Part shown: positions 25,701 to 36,390 of the stretch, piece by piece
How positions within the stretch are numbered: the stretch's first letter is position 1
Layout of the letters: every line of letters starts with the position of its first letter
Assembly (NCBI GenBank): GCA_000934665.2
Contig: JYFJ02002587.1
Coordinates: forward strand, 1 to 54,408
From: Catajapyx aquilonaris
Taxonomy: Eukaryota
Direction of reading: 5' to 3'
DNA: 54,408 nucleotides
Translations under genes and position numbers: made by a program
The notes under the pieces: model-generated
What the model was told of the DNA's origin: nothing
Database searches by the model: none
What the model saw: only the letters and a program-made list of their open reading frames with translations

Positions 25701-28700
25701 CCATGGAATTGCCCAGGAATTAAACTTCCCTAACTCGAAGTTCTCCATAACTCAAAGTGCTGGCAGGGCCTTACGATGGGATATCAATGCATTTTCAGTC
25801 TCTCTAACAGTAAGTCGAAGTTCACGTTGGCGAGTGCAGAAAATTTTCTAATTTCCTAGTCGAAGGGTCGAGAGTAGGCCACATGTATGGAAAGGCTCAA
25901 TTTCCTGACCTCCGTCTACCAGATGTACCGAAAGAAGTGTCTGACTCGATTGTGACAATTGAATCCTTGAATATAAGAGTAGGCAAATGTCCATAACAGA
26001 GTTTTTTAAAACATCAAAACAATGAGGAACTTTGTAAGTGTGATGGTGACAGTAATTTTTAAGTTTTGAACACCTTTTGTCACTGGATATAAAGGTAGGC
26101 TTCCTTATTGAGTTATATGCTTCAAAAAAGCCAAACTTCTCTAACTCGAATCTTCTATAACTCGAAGTTTTTTCCCGATCCCATGGAGATTCGACTTATA
26201 GAAGTTTTACTGTATTAATAACAATAAAAAACAGACATTTTGAAACACAAAACTTTTTTGTCATGTGAATGACCTTAAAAATATTCAAAAATCTAACAGG
26301 ACTTCTGCACATTCACTCTGAATTGGCTTACCTCATAATAGTACTCCATTGCAGCTTTCAAGACTTTCAGCTTCTTCCGTGTTGTTGTGAAGTCATGATT
26401 ATACCATCCATGAAATGCTTTCTGGAGTGAAACACAATTCAGTTATTCCAGGGGTGACTTAGGATAAAAATTACCAAATCATTTCAAGAAAACTTCATTC
26501 AAGCTAATATTCCAACTAACATGCTGAAAACCAACCAAATCCCTTCCAAACATAGATCAAGCTGAGTTTGAGCTCAATTAAAAGTCAGTAATATAGTTAT
26601 AGATGATATTGTTTATTATTAATACAATTACTGACTAGATAATATCACAGCATGAATGGCTATAATGACGTGCATTTTAAATGCTTCAAAAAATGATAAG
26701 CAGGTGATTTCAAGTTATGAGTGAAATTAAGAGTGCTGATCAGATAATGGGGCAAGGAAACAAGCACCCTCCAAGCCAGTTGCCCCCAGACGATGGTTCC
26801 CTTGTAAGTTTCAATGCTTGCAATGTAAATGCACAGGAAGTGAAACATTTCAATTTGCACCAAAACCATGCCGGTCTAAGGGCTTGGTGTCAGGTCACCA
26901 ATACTTGCACTTTACTTTGTTTGAATTCACAAGGTCAGAGGGCCCAAAAATGGTACCTTCATATTTTTCTTGTTTTGCCTGTCAGTGGCCTTGGAGCAGC
27001 CTGGCTTGGGTGATGGAAGTTCTTCAGCACTCAAATTGGGCACTTGGTCAGGCAACCCAGGTTCCTCTGTGGTGGTGGATCTCTGAGATGTGATGATCAT
27101 TTTGTTGTCAGAAACATCACATCCACCTCCTTTCAAAGCAAGACAGAGATTTTCTTTGTCTTCTGATTTTCCTGTCACATAAGTTGAGCAAAATTTTTCT
27201 TCTGGCTGTAAATAACAAAGTATAAAAGATCCAAATGTTGATGAGGCTCAATCATCTTGCAAGAAAATGGTGTCAAATGATAAAATTAGTTTCCTGACAA
27301 GATCTTTGAAAAAGACAACTACATTACCCAATTGAATCCAACAGATGGATGCCGGACATGTCTCTGAAGTTTGGAGAGCATCTATCATTAGATATTTCAT
27401 AGCCTTGCTAAAATAGAAACGGCAAACAACATACGGTATGGACATGAGGGTCACTACCACTATTGAACTGGCCACGTCAAGTTGCATTTTATTATAGCGG
27501 AGTGAAACCTGTGTACAGCTGCATAGCATGGGACATTAAAAATTTTCTGCATGTACAAGTTTCCGCTGTATTTGACATCATATTTTCTGTGAATTCTTTA
27601 CTGAGATTTTTTCCCCAGTGAGAAAGAGGAAAGGGAAAGGCAGGCCAACTAGCACATTATGGGTGACAATTTTCTGTGTCCCAAACAAGCCGTATCTCCA
27701 TTTCCCAGCCAATAATAATGCCCTTTTCTCACCAACCTGTCTTCAAGGTCATGGGGCCAAAGGCAATGCCAGCAATTATGAGACACACTGTGTCTAAAAG
27801 TTCACAACTGGAGCTTCTATTTTCGTGCCAGTGGCTGGCAGAAGACGTGAACATTTTCATCTCTTTTATCAGGAATTTTCTGTTACGGGAGACAAAACCC
27901 CTTTCTGTTTCCACATTGGGCAGGTTCCACTACACCTGTCAAAAATACATCATTGCATGACCCATGCATGCGCTTGTTTCCAGAAAATAATCTGCAACGG
28001 GCAGGTTTCCACTATACTCAGGGTCCGTTATGGTCAGGTTTCACTGTAATAACTTGCATCAGAACTACAGAACTATGCTTAAGCACTTCTAAAATGTCCT
28101 AATTAATATCTTGTTGAGCATTTTGTGGGCTAACAATGCCAATAAGTTGCTATACAGGACGTTGCCAAACTCAGGTTCTGCTGCAGCAAGGGCAGTGGTT
28201 AAGCGCATTGTTTTTGATTTATTCAACACTGGTTGCTAGGTGAAGTGACTTTCGCATAGGGCGCCTTGTTCGATTTTGCCAGGCGAACGGCGGCCATCTT
28301 GGAATAGCGGAACTAAGCAGCGAAAACATTGTTAAACTCAGCAAAGGTTGACCAATCAGCAAGCTCAGCAGTGCTGACAGCGGCTGAGTTTACAACGTCC
28401 TCATAGAAAACAATAACATTACCTTTACATCAATCTCATCTGCAGTGACCTTCAGGCCTCGTGAATGAGCAGATTGAAGCTCTTGCGAGAGATCCAACAT
28501 TCGTGCTCTAGCAGATGAGCGAGGTTCCTCTGCAGTACTTGGTTTCTTGGATATGATCAAAACTTCCTGATGACAGTGTTCAGGTGTGTGGCATTCAGCT
28601 CTTCCAGTTGGATAAACATATGTCCCTCTGCCCTCCAATTCTTCTGTCATATGAGTTGATGAAGTGGGGCTTTCTACCTGAAATTAAAATTTATGAAAAC

Positions 28701-30610
28701 AAATTGTTAAAAAGAGCCTAATTTTACAGTATAAATTTTTACACTGATATTGACACTGATTACAAAACCAGCAGTGGTTGCAGTAGTGGGGGGCAATAGT
28801 ACAGTACAATGTCGGAAATTAATGGTTATGCACAAGCGTACCCCCGCCTGATGGAGCTCTTCCATTGCTTCATGTGGTACCTCTGTATTATTATTATTTG
28901 CAGCAGGCGCCATTCAAGTTTCCATGGAGATGCCCTCATGCAACAATATGAGTAAACATGCCAACAAAAGAACACTGTCAACTTCTACTGTTGCGTGAGG
29001 CCATCTCCATTTAAATAGGAAAAGTGGGAGGTTCCAGGCGTGGTTCCATTGCCTAGGAGTAGGTAAGCGAAATGATTATGTCAATGGCAAGGCATGGTGG
29101 GCCGCCTATACATAATTGGCAGACAGCTCATCCGTGTCACTCTTTCAATTCAATGACCGCAATGATCCAGTAGCAGCTCGATCTGCCTTTTTGCCAATTT
29201 GAAGTAGTGCCTGCTGCAAAAAAAAGAAAATCACACAGGGGTACCACATGAAGCAATGGAAGAGCTACACCAGGAGGCAATACTTGTGAGTAACCATTAA
29301 TTTCCACCACTGTACAGTGTTGGACATTAATCAAGGCATATTGCTAGTGACATTTTCCGAAGCGGCACAACAAGGAATCTTGCTCGCACGGCTTGCAGTA
29401 TCCTCATCTTCGATGCCTTCTTCTGCCACTTTGGAAAATGCCGCTAGCAACATGCCTCGATTAATGTCCAACACTGTGCGCTCATACAATACTAACGAAA
29501 CCATCCACTTTGCTTCCAATCTTTGTCCCAGTGCCAAGAATTAGCACATTTCAAAAGTACATTCCAACTGTGTGCTCAATTGTCCAAAGTATTTATATTG
29601 CAATATGACCATCACAACTTGCATCAATTCACAACTGTGTTATTGCTGTGTTATTGCTCAGGTGGTGTTATTCTCAGCAAGTCCAAATTATTTTGTCCCA
29701 TTTTTCTCTCACTAAACTACAATGTTTTATTTATTTATGTATACCCCATTGGGAGAATCAGTGCTCCATTATGGGGGTGGAGTACCACCATTGGATGGGG
29801 CCAAGGATCGGGAAGGAAGCCTCTGAGGCCTATTATACGGAAACAACCCCGGAATTATCCTTTGGGGACCGTGGAAAACCACAGAAAACCACAGTCAGGG
29901 TTACCGGCCCCGGGATTCGAACCCAGGACCTCCCGATTAGCAGTCGGGCTCCTTAACCACCACACCAACTTGCTTCGGTACTAAACTACAATGTTATGTT
30001 ACTAGTGCTGTCAAGTGAAATGGCAATGTGAGAACATCGACAAAAACTGACAGAATGATTGGTTAAAAGACCCACCACGATCACCATTGGCTCTGATGAG
30101 TGCTGAAGCCCATATAATTTCAATAGCCAGATACATAACCCCTTGGCCCGATAGCCACAGTTGTTTCGGTTCTTCTCACACAAACCTTCCTTTTAAAAAT
30201 TCTGCCTGCATTCGTTAAATCTACTGTGAGAAATTTTTATAGTTGGATGAAATGGAGAACCACCCCTCTCCCATCCCCCCAAAAAATCCACATGCAAGCA
30301 CATTGAAAACCTATCAAATGACTTTCTTTATAAGAAATTCCTTGGTTCCACCTGGGGATTGGGATGGAAGGTAGTGGCAAACACCCCAATGCCACCCAGG
30401 TTACTTTAAACACCCATAACAATAGAAAAAATTTGACAGACTTTCATGGGTCAATCACTTGCGTTCTTATGAGCAGAAAGTGACATATTTTAAATACAAA
30501 CACATAATACAAACCTGGAAAACTGGTAGATTCCCCACCCATTCTCTGATTGGCAATACTCGGAAGACAGAACTTCCGAATTCTTCACCTCTGTAGGACA
30601 AGAAGGCCAT
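12869..30610 (-). CDS. Gene B: 7-coding-exon C2H2 zinc-finger protein (~488 aa, 5 fingers near the C-terminus)
   Basis: Phase-0 GT-AG exons: 30610-30515 (MAFLSYRGEEF...PVFQ), 28677-28423, 27205-26957, 26421-26332 (KAFHGWYNHDF...MEYYYE), 21770-21555, 17269-17147 (SCPKCGDPFVEKEDLKRHMATEH; absent from ORF track), 13306-12869 (4 fingers, TGA). Sum 1467 nt, open frame. The 5' exons are less certain than the finger exons. Confidence 0.7.
13959..14512. mobile_element. CAGGGTG-type MITE with ~130-bp near-perfect TIRs and an internal insertion
   Basis: TA|CAGGGTGATCAAACTTTTTTGTCG...CGACAAAAAAGTTTGATCACCCTG|TA; inner hairpin ~14295-14377. Confidence 0.9.
14704..15952. mobile_element. Long palindromic non-autonomous element with TTAA TSD, Kolobok-like termini
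   Basis: TTAA|GAGCGCGCTCT...AGAGCGCGCTC|TTAA; ~445-bp high-identity CpG-rich arms; RR...YY termini fit Kolobok rather than piggyBac. Confidence 0.8.
15168..15458. mobile_element. P-superfamily-like MITE nested in the Kolobok-like element
   Basis: TGTTTACA|CAAAGAGTTCTGC...GCAGAACTCTTTG|TGTTTACA: perfect 8-bp TSD, CANRG terminus. Confidence 0.8.
16610..17086. mobile_element. hAT-type MITE
   Basis: TCAGAAAC|CAGGGTTGTGAAC...GTTCACAACCCTG|TCAGAAAC: perfect 8-bp TSD, ~64-bp inverted ends with GAACC repeats. Confidence 0.88.
17469..18071. mobile_element. CAGGGTG-type palindromic MITE (nested)
   Basis: TA|CAGGGTGGCCTAAATTAAAACTG...CAGTTTAATTTTGTCCACCCTG|TA with extended degenerate arms. Confidence 0.82.
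18808..20216. mobile_element. TIR element with GG...CC termini and 8-bp TSD (Merlin-like)
   Basis: TATTTTAC|GGGACTTTTCCATTTGCTGATACCCACTA...TAGTGGGTATCAGCATATGGAAAAGTACC|GATTTTAC; ~60-bp TIRs; TSD matches 7/8. Confidence 0.65.
19342..19882. mobile_element. Palindromic repeat with interrupted left arm; second partial copy at ~130-215
   Basis: 19342-19391 and ~19591-19646 are inverted against ~19772-19882; GGCAGGGCCACAACAA...ACAGTACTGTTGCGGT recurs at ~147-182. Confidence 0.65.
20821..21045. mobile_element. Palindromic MITE, possibly piggyBac-type
   Basis: TTAA|CCCTTCCC...GGGAAGAG|ATAA with ~100-bp arms; symmetry extends slightly beyond TTAA, so the class is uncertain. Confidence 0.55.
22037..22406. 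mobile_element. MULE/foldback-type element with tandem ~15-bp subterminal repeats
   Basis: Repeats like TTCGCCCGATGCA on the left, inverted copies on the right; 9-bp TSD GTATTTTAC/ATATTTTAC. Confidence 0.65.
22476..24190. mobile_element. Giant palindromic element (~650-bp arms) in a gene B intron
   Basis: TAGGGTGGAG...CTCCACCATA; continuous inverted similarity to a centre near 23500-23560; SINE in the left arm; superfamily unassigned. Confidence 0.85.
22725..23092 (-). mobile_element. tRNA-derived SINE, family 3
   Basis: B box GGTTCGATCCC on the minus strand, (ATT)n tail, 14-bp TSD GGTAACTCATAATA at 22711 and 23093. Confidence 0.9.
24432..25213. mobile_element. pogo/Tigger-like MITE
   Basis: TA|CAGTCGAATCC...GGATCCGACTG|TA with repeated TTCGTTATA subterminal motifs; inserted in an older inverted repeat (~24341-25264). 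Confidence 0.85.
25407..26212. mobile_element. pogo/Tigger-like MITE
   Basis: TA|CAGTAAAACTTCTATAAGTCGAA...TTCGACTTATAGAAGTTTTACTG|TA, perfect 23-bp TIR; repeated TAA(C/G)TCGAA motifs. Confidence 0.9.
25505..25713. mobile_element. Nested palindromic MITE, unclassified
   Basis: GGCAATTCCA...TGGAATTGCC; possible 6-bp TSD TAGGAA/CAGGAA. Confidence 0.65.
28807..29312. mobile_element. Longer member of the 4001-4127 MITE family
   Basis: GGAAATTAATGG...CCATTAATTTCCACCACTG|TA with ~110-bp inverted arms. Confidence 0.7.
29315..29476. mobile_element. CAGTGTTGGACATTAATC hairpin MITE, copy 1
   Basis: TA|CAGTGTTGGACATTAATC...GATTAATGTCCAACACTG; abuts the previous MITE through one shared TA. Confidence 0.85.
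29727..29979 (-). mobile_element. tRNA-derived SINE, family 1
   Basis: B box GGTTCGAATCCC on the minus strand; perfect 16-bp TSD ACTAAACTACAATGTT at 29711 and 29980. Confidence 0.92.
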
Positions 30611-30964
30611 TTCCCAATTCTTTCAAGGAGCTTGCTTCTGTAACTGAAAGCAATAAGATAATTCAGCATGTAAAAGTCTTGCTAACTGAACTAAATGCTG
30701 CGAGACCAGGGACCCTGCAAAAATGCTGCAGTTTTGAAATATCACAAAAATTTGGTGTTTCGTACCACAGGGCGTCTGGTAAGTATGGACCCATAGGATA
30801 CATACCTGACTCTCGTGAGACTGTCAATAACAAGTTCAACTAATCAGTCACTATGTTACTATGGTTAAAAGTGTTGCATTGTTACATAGGGATTACACAG
30901 TAACCATATTGTGGTACACTGTAATATGAGAAACTCATATGGGTCCCAACTTATGGCACACCCT

Positions 30965-31983
30965 GTAGTAAGGCCATCATCAGTCAGCATATTTCTTGTT
31001 TCAAAACAAGTAACATTGACAATGTAGATGACAATGGAGATTTGGGTACCCCCAGGCCTAGGACAAAATGCATCCACACAGCCAGCAACTTTTCTGTGGG
31101 GAAGGCAGCAAACCCCATACTCCAGCTAGTGAAATGGTTGTCTAAGTGTCAGGGTATGATCCGGATATTGATGGCTGGGAAAAGAAGTGACCTTGCCATA
31201 TCCTGTTACTTATCCCACCTAGACTGAAATGAATGCATCTCTGGACCAACTAAATGGATGAGGAGGCATTGAAGTTCAGTGAAAGCTGCATTAGTTTGAC
31301 TCTTGACTACCTCCAGAGCATTGGGGAAGGGGAAGGTCAGGCCACGTGCTCTAAACATTACAGCAATGGCGAGATAGTCTATTTCAACATTGTCATCACT
31401 CACAAGCAATTGCAATGTACAAGTAATGCCACAACAAAGATTTCCAGGCAGAGAGCAAGAGAGACAGTAGGCTACCTGCTTGAAAAAAAAAAAAAAATGC
31501 CCTACTTTGAGCACCTAAAGTTAAAAGCAATTTAATGTTAATCAAGACTTGAACGTACTAGCCCTATTGAAACATGTGCTGCACACACAGTCAGAACAGT
31601 GATGACTCGTACTCATATTCAAATTTTGCCCAGAGGTGCATAGCATCATTTCAGTCTGCATGGGATGATCTAATGAGATCTGGCAAGGTCACTTCTTTAC
31701 CCGGCTATCCACATTGGGATCACATCCTGCCATGTAGGCAACCACTGCACTAGCCATATCATCAGCCAGAGTATGGCAGTTTGCTGCTTTCCCTATAGAT
31801 GAGCTGTTGGTTGGGTAGATGCAGGTGAAAGAATTTGTCTCAGGGGAACCCTTAATCTCTGTCGTCATCTATGTATGTCGACAAATGTTGCGCTCTCGAC
31901 ATTTATCATCCTTACATTTTTGACTGTCTCAGGCCAAACAACATACAGACTGTCGATGGCCATACTAGTAAAAAAACACCCTG
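30965..31983. mobile_element. Old long-arm member of the 1869 MITE family
   Basis: Right end GGCCATACTAGTAAAAAAACACCCTG|TA; degenerate arms ~30965-31205 versus ~31676-31983 (AAGTGACCTTGCCA/TGGCAAGGTCACTT). Confidence 0.6.
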
Positions 31984-32689
31984 TATAACAAGGCTCTGAG
32001 TTACATAAAATTTAACATGCATAAGATTGTGGACACAAACCCACAATAACATGCTTGCTTATTAGGAAATGTGTGAAAGTGTGACTGGCAGGACCACATG
32101 ACAGGCAATAATAGTGCAGGCACCTCAAAGCACAAATGATGCACTATGGCAAATATGAAGACTTTATTCATCAATCTTCCACATCCCAATGTGGATGTAA
32201 CAGGTCTCTGCATCATCATAAGCAGGAGTACAGTAACACATAGGAATTGCATCATCAATCTTCAGGATATCCCCTCCCCTACCCCATACTTCTCGATTTT
32301 AGCAAGATGCATGCAGCACAGCACAATGCGCACCTGCAACACTGCCTTTCCGTAGCATATGACACTATCAGTCCTATCATAAATCCCTCATCACTTACCA
32401 CCCCCCACCTTTCTCCCCCTATCCCTCCTGAACAGACCTGCAGAAAAATGGCCCAGGCTTGTGTAACTGACTCATGGTCAGAGAAGTGTTTTTGTATATG
32501 TATAACTTACTTGTAAAAGTGCTCTTCCTAGCAGACTGTTCAAATGTATTTTCATATTACATCATGAATATGACTATTTAGCCAAATTTCTCGAGTAAAA
32601 CAGCTTGGACACAAGGAGTACAGTACTCGTGCACCCTGCAAAAATGGTTCATAATAAAGGCATGTTATGAGGAGTGCAATGTCGCCTAA

Positions 32690-33560
32690 ACTGGTCGCAA
32701 AATCGTCTGCAGTCTAAGCAGGGTTATCTTCCTCGATAATGAACAATTACCTGAAATTACCCAGCAGACTCAAGTAACGGGACTAGCTGCGCCCTCCCTT
32801 CCGAACCTCCCCCACGCCCGTGAACCATGCCGTTTCCACGAAAAACACGGCCTTCTGGACGTACTGTTTGTAAACATTACGTAATGGTCCGTGCCCTGCT
32901 TCATATGGGGTCCGCCACTATCCGATTTATTATCACGACTTGTCGTAACGACGCACAAAGAACCCCAATCAGCGAGGAAGGCGAGATTACACCTCTGCAA
33001 TGATACATGCATCGTCTTATACCAATATTCCCCTGAGCCAGTGACAGCTCCGGCCCCGAGGCTCCAGCTGACCTCACCAAGGAGCTCTTACCAGACTACT
33101 CAGGACGCTCGCGAGGGGCTAGCCCAGCCTCCCGAGCCCTCAAGCTGCCACCTGCCAGCGGCCTGCCAGTCCACCTGGCGTCTGGAGATGACCAGTTGAG
33201 TGGCGTCCGAACCGGAAGAAGCGCTGGTACCCGGCAAAACGCGGCAGGCACCCCCACGAACAAAAGGAACGTTCAAGATACGACATGACAGCACGGCCGC
33301 ATCCGAATTACAACCACGTGCTATCGGACGGGCGCGTCCGATATTTTGCACGCAAAAATACAGTACTGTACGTGCATGCTGTCGCCAAGTACGATCCATG
33401 GAGTAGGGAACTGTTATAATACACACTTAACAATAGTTCCCACCTGCATGACTTATTGTGACCACTGTCTGTGACCATGGCAGGTGTAGCACGTGCACCT
33501 GACCGCACCTGACCTACCCTCCTGGTATGCTCGTTCAGACTAGCGCTCCTGGCGGCGGGG
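32690..33560 (-). promoter_or_regulatory. Putative CpG-rich promoter / non-coding first exon of gene B
   Basis: GC/CpG-rich island upstream of the 30610 ATG exon; minus-strand donor CAG|GTAATT at 32751/32750; CCGGAAG at ~33212. Confidence 0.45.
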
Positions 33561-34081
33561 AGTAAAAGCTGCTCCTAAAATCTCAATGGCGTTCATTACT
33601 GCTGTACAGTAATGGAAATTCAATAAATATGCGCAATGTGTTGGTGGAAATGGCCTCATTTTATTACTTAAAAATAACGCGAATAATTATGTACACATCA
33701 TATACGTTGTAAGATCAGCTCCGAGTGACCAAAAAAAATTGGAGCCATAAATTCCACAATTTTGTGGTAACTTTAATAAATTGGGGTGGGGTGACTGAAA
33801 TGAAGAAATTTTAAGAATTTTGAAGTCATAATCCCTTCATTTACAAGTGATCTCATTTGTCCCTGTGGATCAAGACTTATCCAGACAACTTATCTATAAA
33901 TTTGATATGCTGTAAATAGAGAAGGCTAATCAACAGAAAAGTGTGGATGCAATAATTGTTTTGGACGTGTGGCTGATGAGTGCATAGATAGACAGTTGCT
34001 TTGGTTCCTTCCCAATCAAACTAACCAACAATAATTGCTGTTTTAACTGGCACTGATGAAGTGGTTATTTTTCAACATGTA

Positions 34082-35274
34082 TGAGGCGCATCCAGAAAGT
34101 AAGTTCTTTTTTTAAAAAATAGAAAAACTACAAAGCACCTCCAGAATTAATATTATGCACATCAGTAAGGTGCAACTGAACCGAAGCAGTTTGGAGGAGG
34201 GGATATGGTGTCCGACTGCTAATCGGGAGGTCCTGGGATCAAATCCCGGGGCCGGCAACTCTGACCGTGGCTTTCTGTGGTTTCCCACGGTCCTTCCAGG
34301 AAAATTCCGGAGCTGCTTCCTTCCATCCCTACCCTATCCCAAAGAGCACAGTAAAATGAAAAGCAAAGAGTTCTAGGCAAAACAAACTTCCCCCCTAAAG
34401 CGCCGATGGCTGATAACGGGGTATGAATTATTATTATTATTATTATTAGTAAGGTGCAACTGTCTACTTTTTTTCTACATAGTTTCCAGCTGAATCTAGG
34501 CATTTGTCATAGAGTTACATGCATACATCATAGGAGTTTGCTGCCAGCCATTTCCTTGCTGCACTGCAACTCCTATCATCGTCATTGCTAAACCTCTGCT
34601 TTGCATGCCATCTCTTCATGTTCATGGACAGGTGGTAATCACTAGACTCTAAATCCCTGCTCTAAGGAGGGTGATAGAACAATTCTCACTTGAATTGTCG
34701 TGGCAGGGTTGCAGTACACAAGGCAGTATGCGGGCGGGCATTGTCGTGAAAGAAAAACACCTGGAATTCAACATGCCACTACGTTTCTTTTGAATGGCCA
34801 TCCTTAACCTCTGTAATGTCTCACAGTAAACCTTTCGGTTGAACAAATCCCACGGCATGTTGAATTCCGAAATGTTTTTCTTGCACGACAATGCCTGCCC
34901 GCTTACTGCCTTGCTTACTGGAACCCTGCCACAATCATTAAAGTGAGAATTGTTCGATCACCCTCCTTAGAGCAGGGATTTAGAGTCTAGTGATTACCAC
35001 CTGTCCATGAACATGAAGAAATGGCATGCAAATCAGAGGTTTGACAATGACGAGGCGTTGCAGTCCAGTGGGGAAATGGCTGGCAGCAAACTCCTATGAT
35101 GTACGCACACAAAATATTCTGTAACTCTATGACAAATGCCTATAGATTTCTCTGGAAACTATGTTGAAAAAAAGTAGACAGTTGAACCTTTCAGATGTGC
35201 ATAATATTAATTCTGGCAGTGCTTTGTAGTTTTTTCTAATTAAAAAATAGAACTTACTCTCTGGATGCGCATCG
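34082..35274. mobile_element. Fold-back mariner derivative: two inverted 3' halves of the transposase gene
   Basis: TA|TGAGGCGCATCCAGAAAGTAAG...CTTACTCTCTGGATGCGCATCG|TA; right arm reads HDNACPLTA...*ELFDHPP*SRDLESSDYHL (HDNARPH and YSPDLAPSD motifs); the minus strand carries the mirror copy plus YCETLQRLRMAIQKKRSGML. Confidence 0.92.
34179..34447 (+). mobile_element. tRNA-derived SINE, family 1 (short variant)
   Basis: ACCGAAGCAG head, (ATT)n tail, perfect 15-bp TSD AGTAAGGTGCAACTG at 34164 and 34448. Confidence 0.92.
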
Positions 35275-35313
35275 TAACTGGTGTGTAATGTATAACTCAT
35301 TGCTACAATTGTA

Positions 35314-35470
35314 CAGTGTTGGACATTAATCGAGGCATGCTGCTAGCGACATTTTCCGAAGCAGCAGAAGAAGGAATCAAAGATAAGGATAATGTGGGTG
35401 AGCAAGATTACTTCTTCTGCCGCTTCGGAAAATGTCGCTAGCAGCATGCCTCGATTAATGTCCAACACTG
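35314..35470. mobile_element. CAGTGTTGGACATTAATC hairpin MITE, copy 2
   Basis: TA TSD both sides; ~55-bp near-perfect TIRs; same family as 29315-29476. Confidence 0.9.
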
Positions 35471-35662
35471 TAGATAGTTAAGAAACAGGTATGATTGGAA
35501 ATGAGTATCTGAGATTTTCACCATTACAGATGTGAGCTGCATTCTGAGACATATGGATATGTTACATGTCAGGTCAAAACTACTTTCCTTGGCATAAAAT
35601 ACATATTGCAGAAGCTCTTCAGAGGTGATCAAATTCATCTTTCCCACTAAATATGCTCCGTA

Positions 35663-36324
35663 CTACAGATTATCTGTACATCCTGCGACAGATCCTCCTG
35701 GGCAGTTATTCATTGGAGCTCTTAAGTTGTAAGGCGATTTGGAAGAATGACTCCTGATCCTTATCTTGTCAGCAGCATAAGCTTCCTGCAAAAACAAAAA
35801 CTGTTTCAGCACAGTATATTATGAATTCTTGATGGTGTAATGTTCACTTGTTAGTTGACTAGTGATTGCCAAAGCCTGGCATAAGTAGGCCTACCAGAAG
35901 TGATTTATACAGTAAACTGTATGTACTTGTGACAACATAATGTCAGATAATCCAACCATGGGGGAAGCACGGTGGCCGAGATGGTAACGTCTCGGCTTGC
36001 TATGCGAAAGGTCCCGGGTTCTAATTCCCGCCCGGGAACAAACCTTTCGCTTGCGTCAATGGGTCGTGATCCGCGCCTGAGGAGGTGTCTTGGCAACCTG
36101 GCCTCCTGGGGGACTGCACCTGGCCCACCGCTGGACAATGCACCTGCACCTGTGTCCCCTCCCCAAAAATCCCCAACCCTTACCCCATTTCCTAGTAATC
36201 CTTGCACCGAAGTTCGAAGAAAAGTAGAAAACTGAAAACCGAATGGTGGTAGGCCACCCCCCGAAAGGCCCATAGAGGGCCATCAAGGGGTACGGAAAAA
36301 AATAAATAAAATAAAATAAAATAA

Positions 36325-36390
<66 letters not shown>

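Noticed and set aside
4893..36050. tRNA-like sequences with A/B boxes and a CTGCTAA anticodon-like loop
   Set aside because: No closed acceptor stem; followed by SINE bodies, tails and TSDs. These are SINE heads, not tRNA genes.
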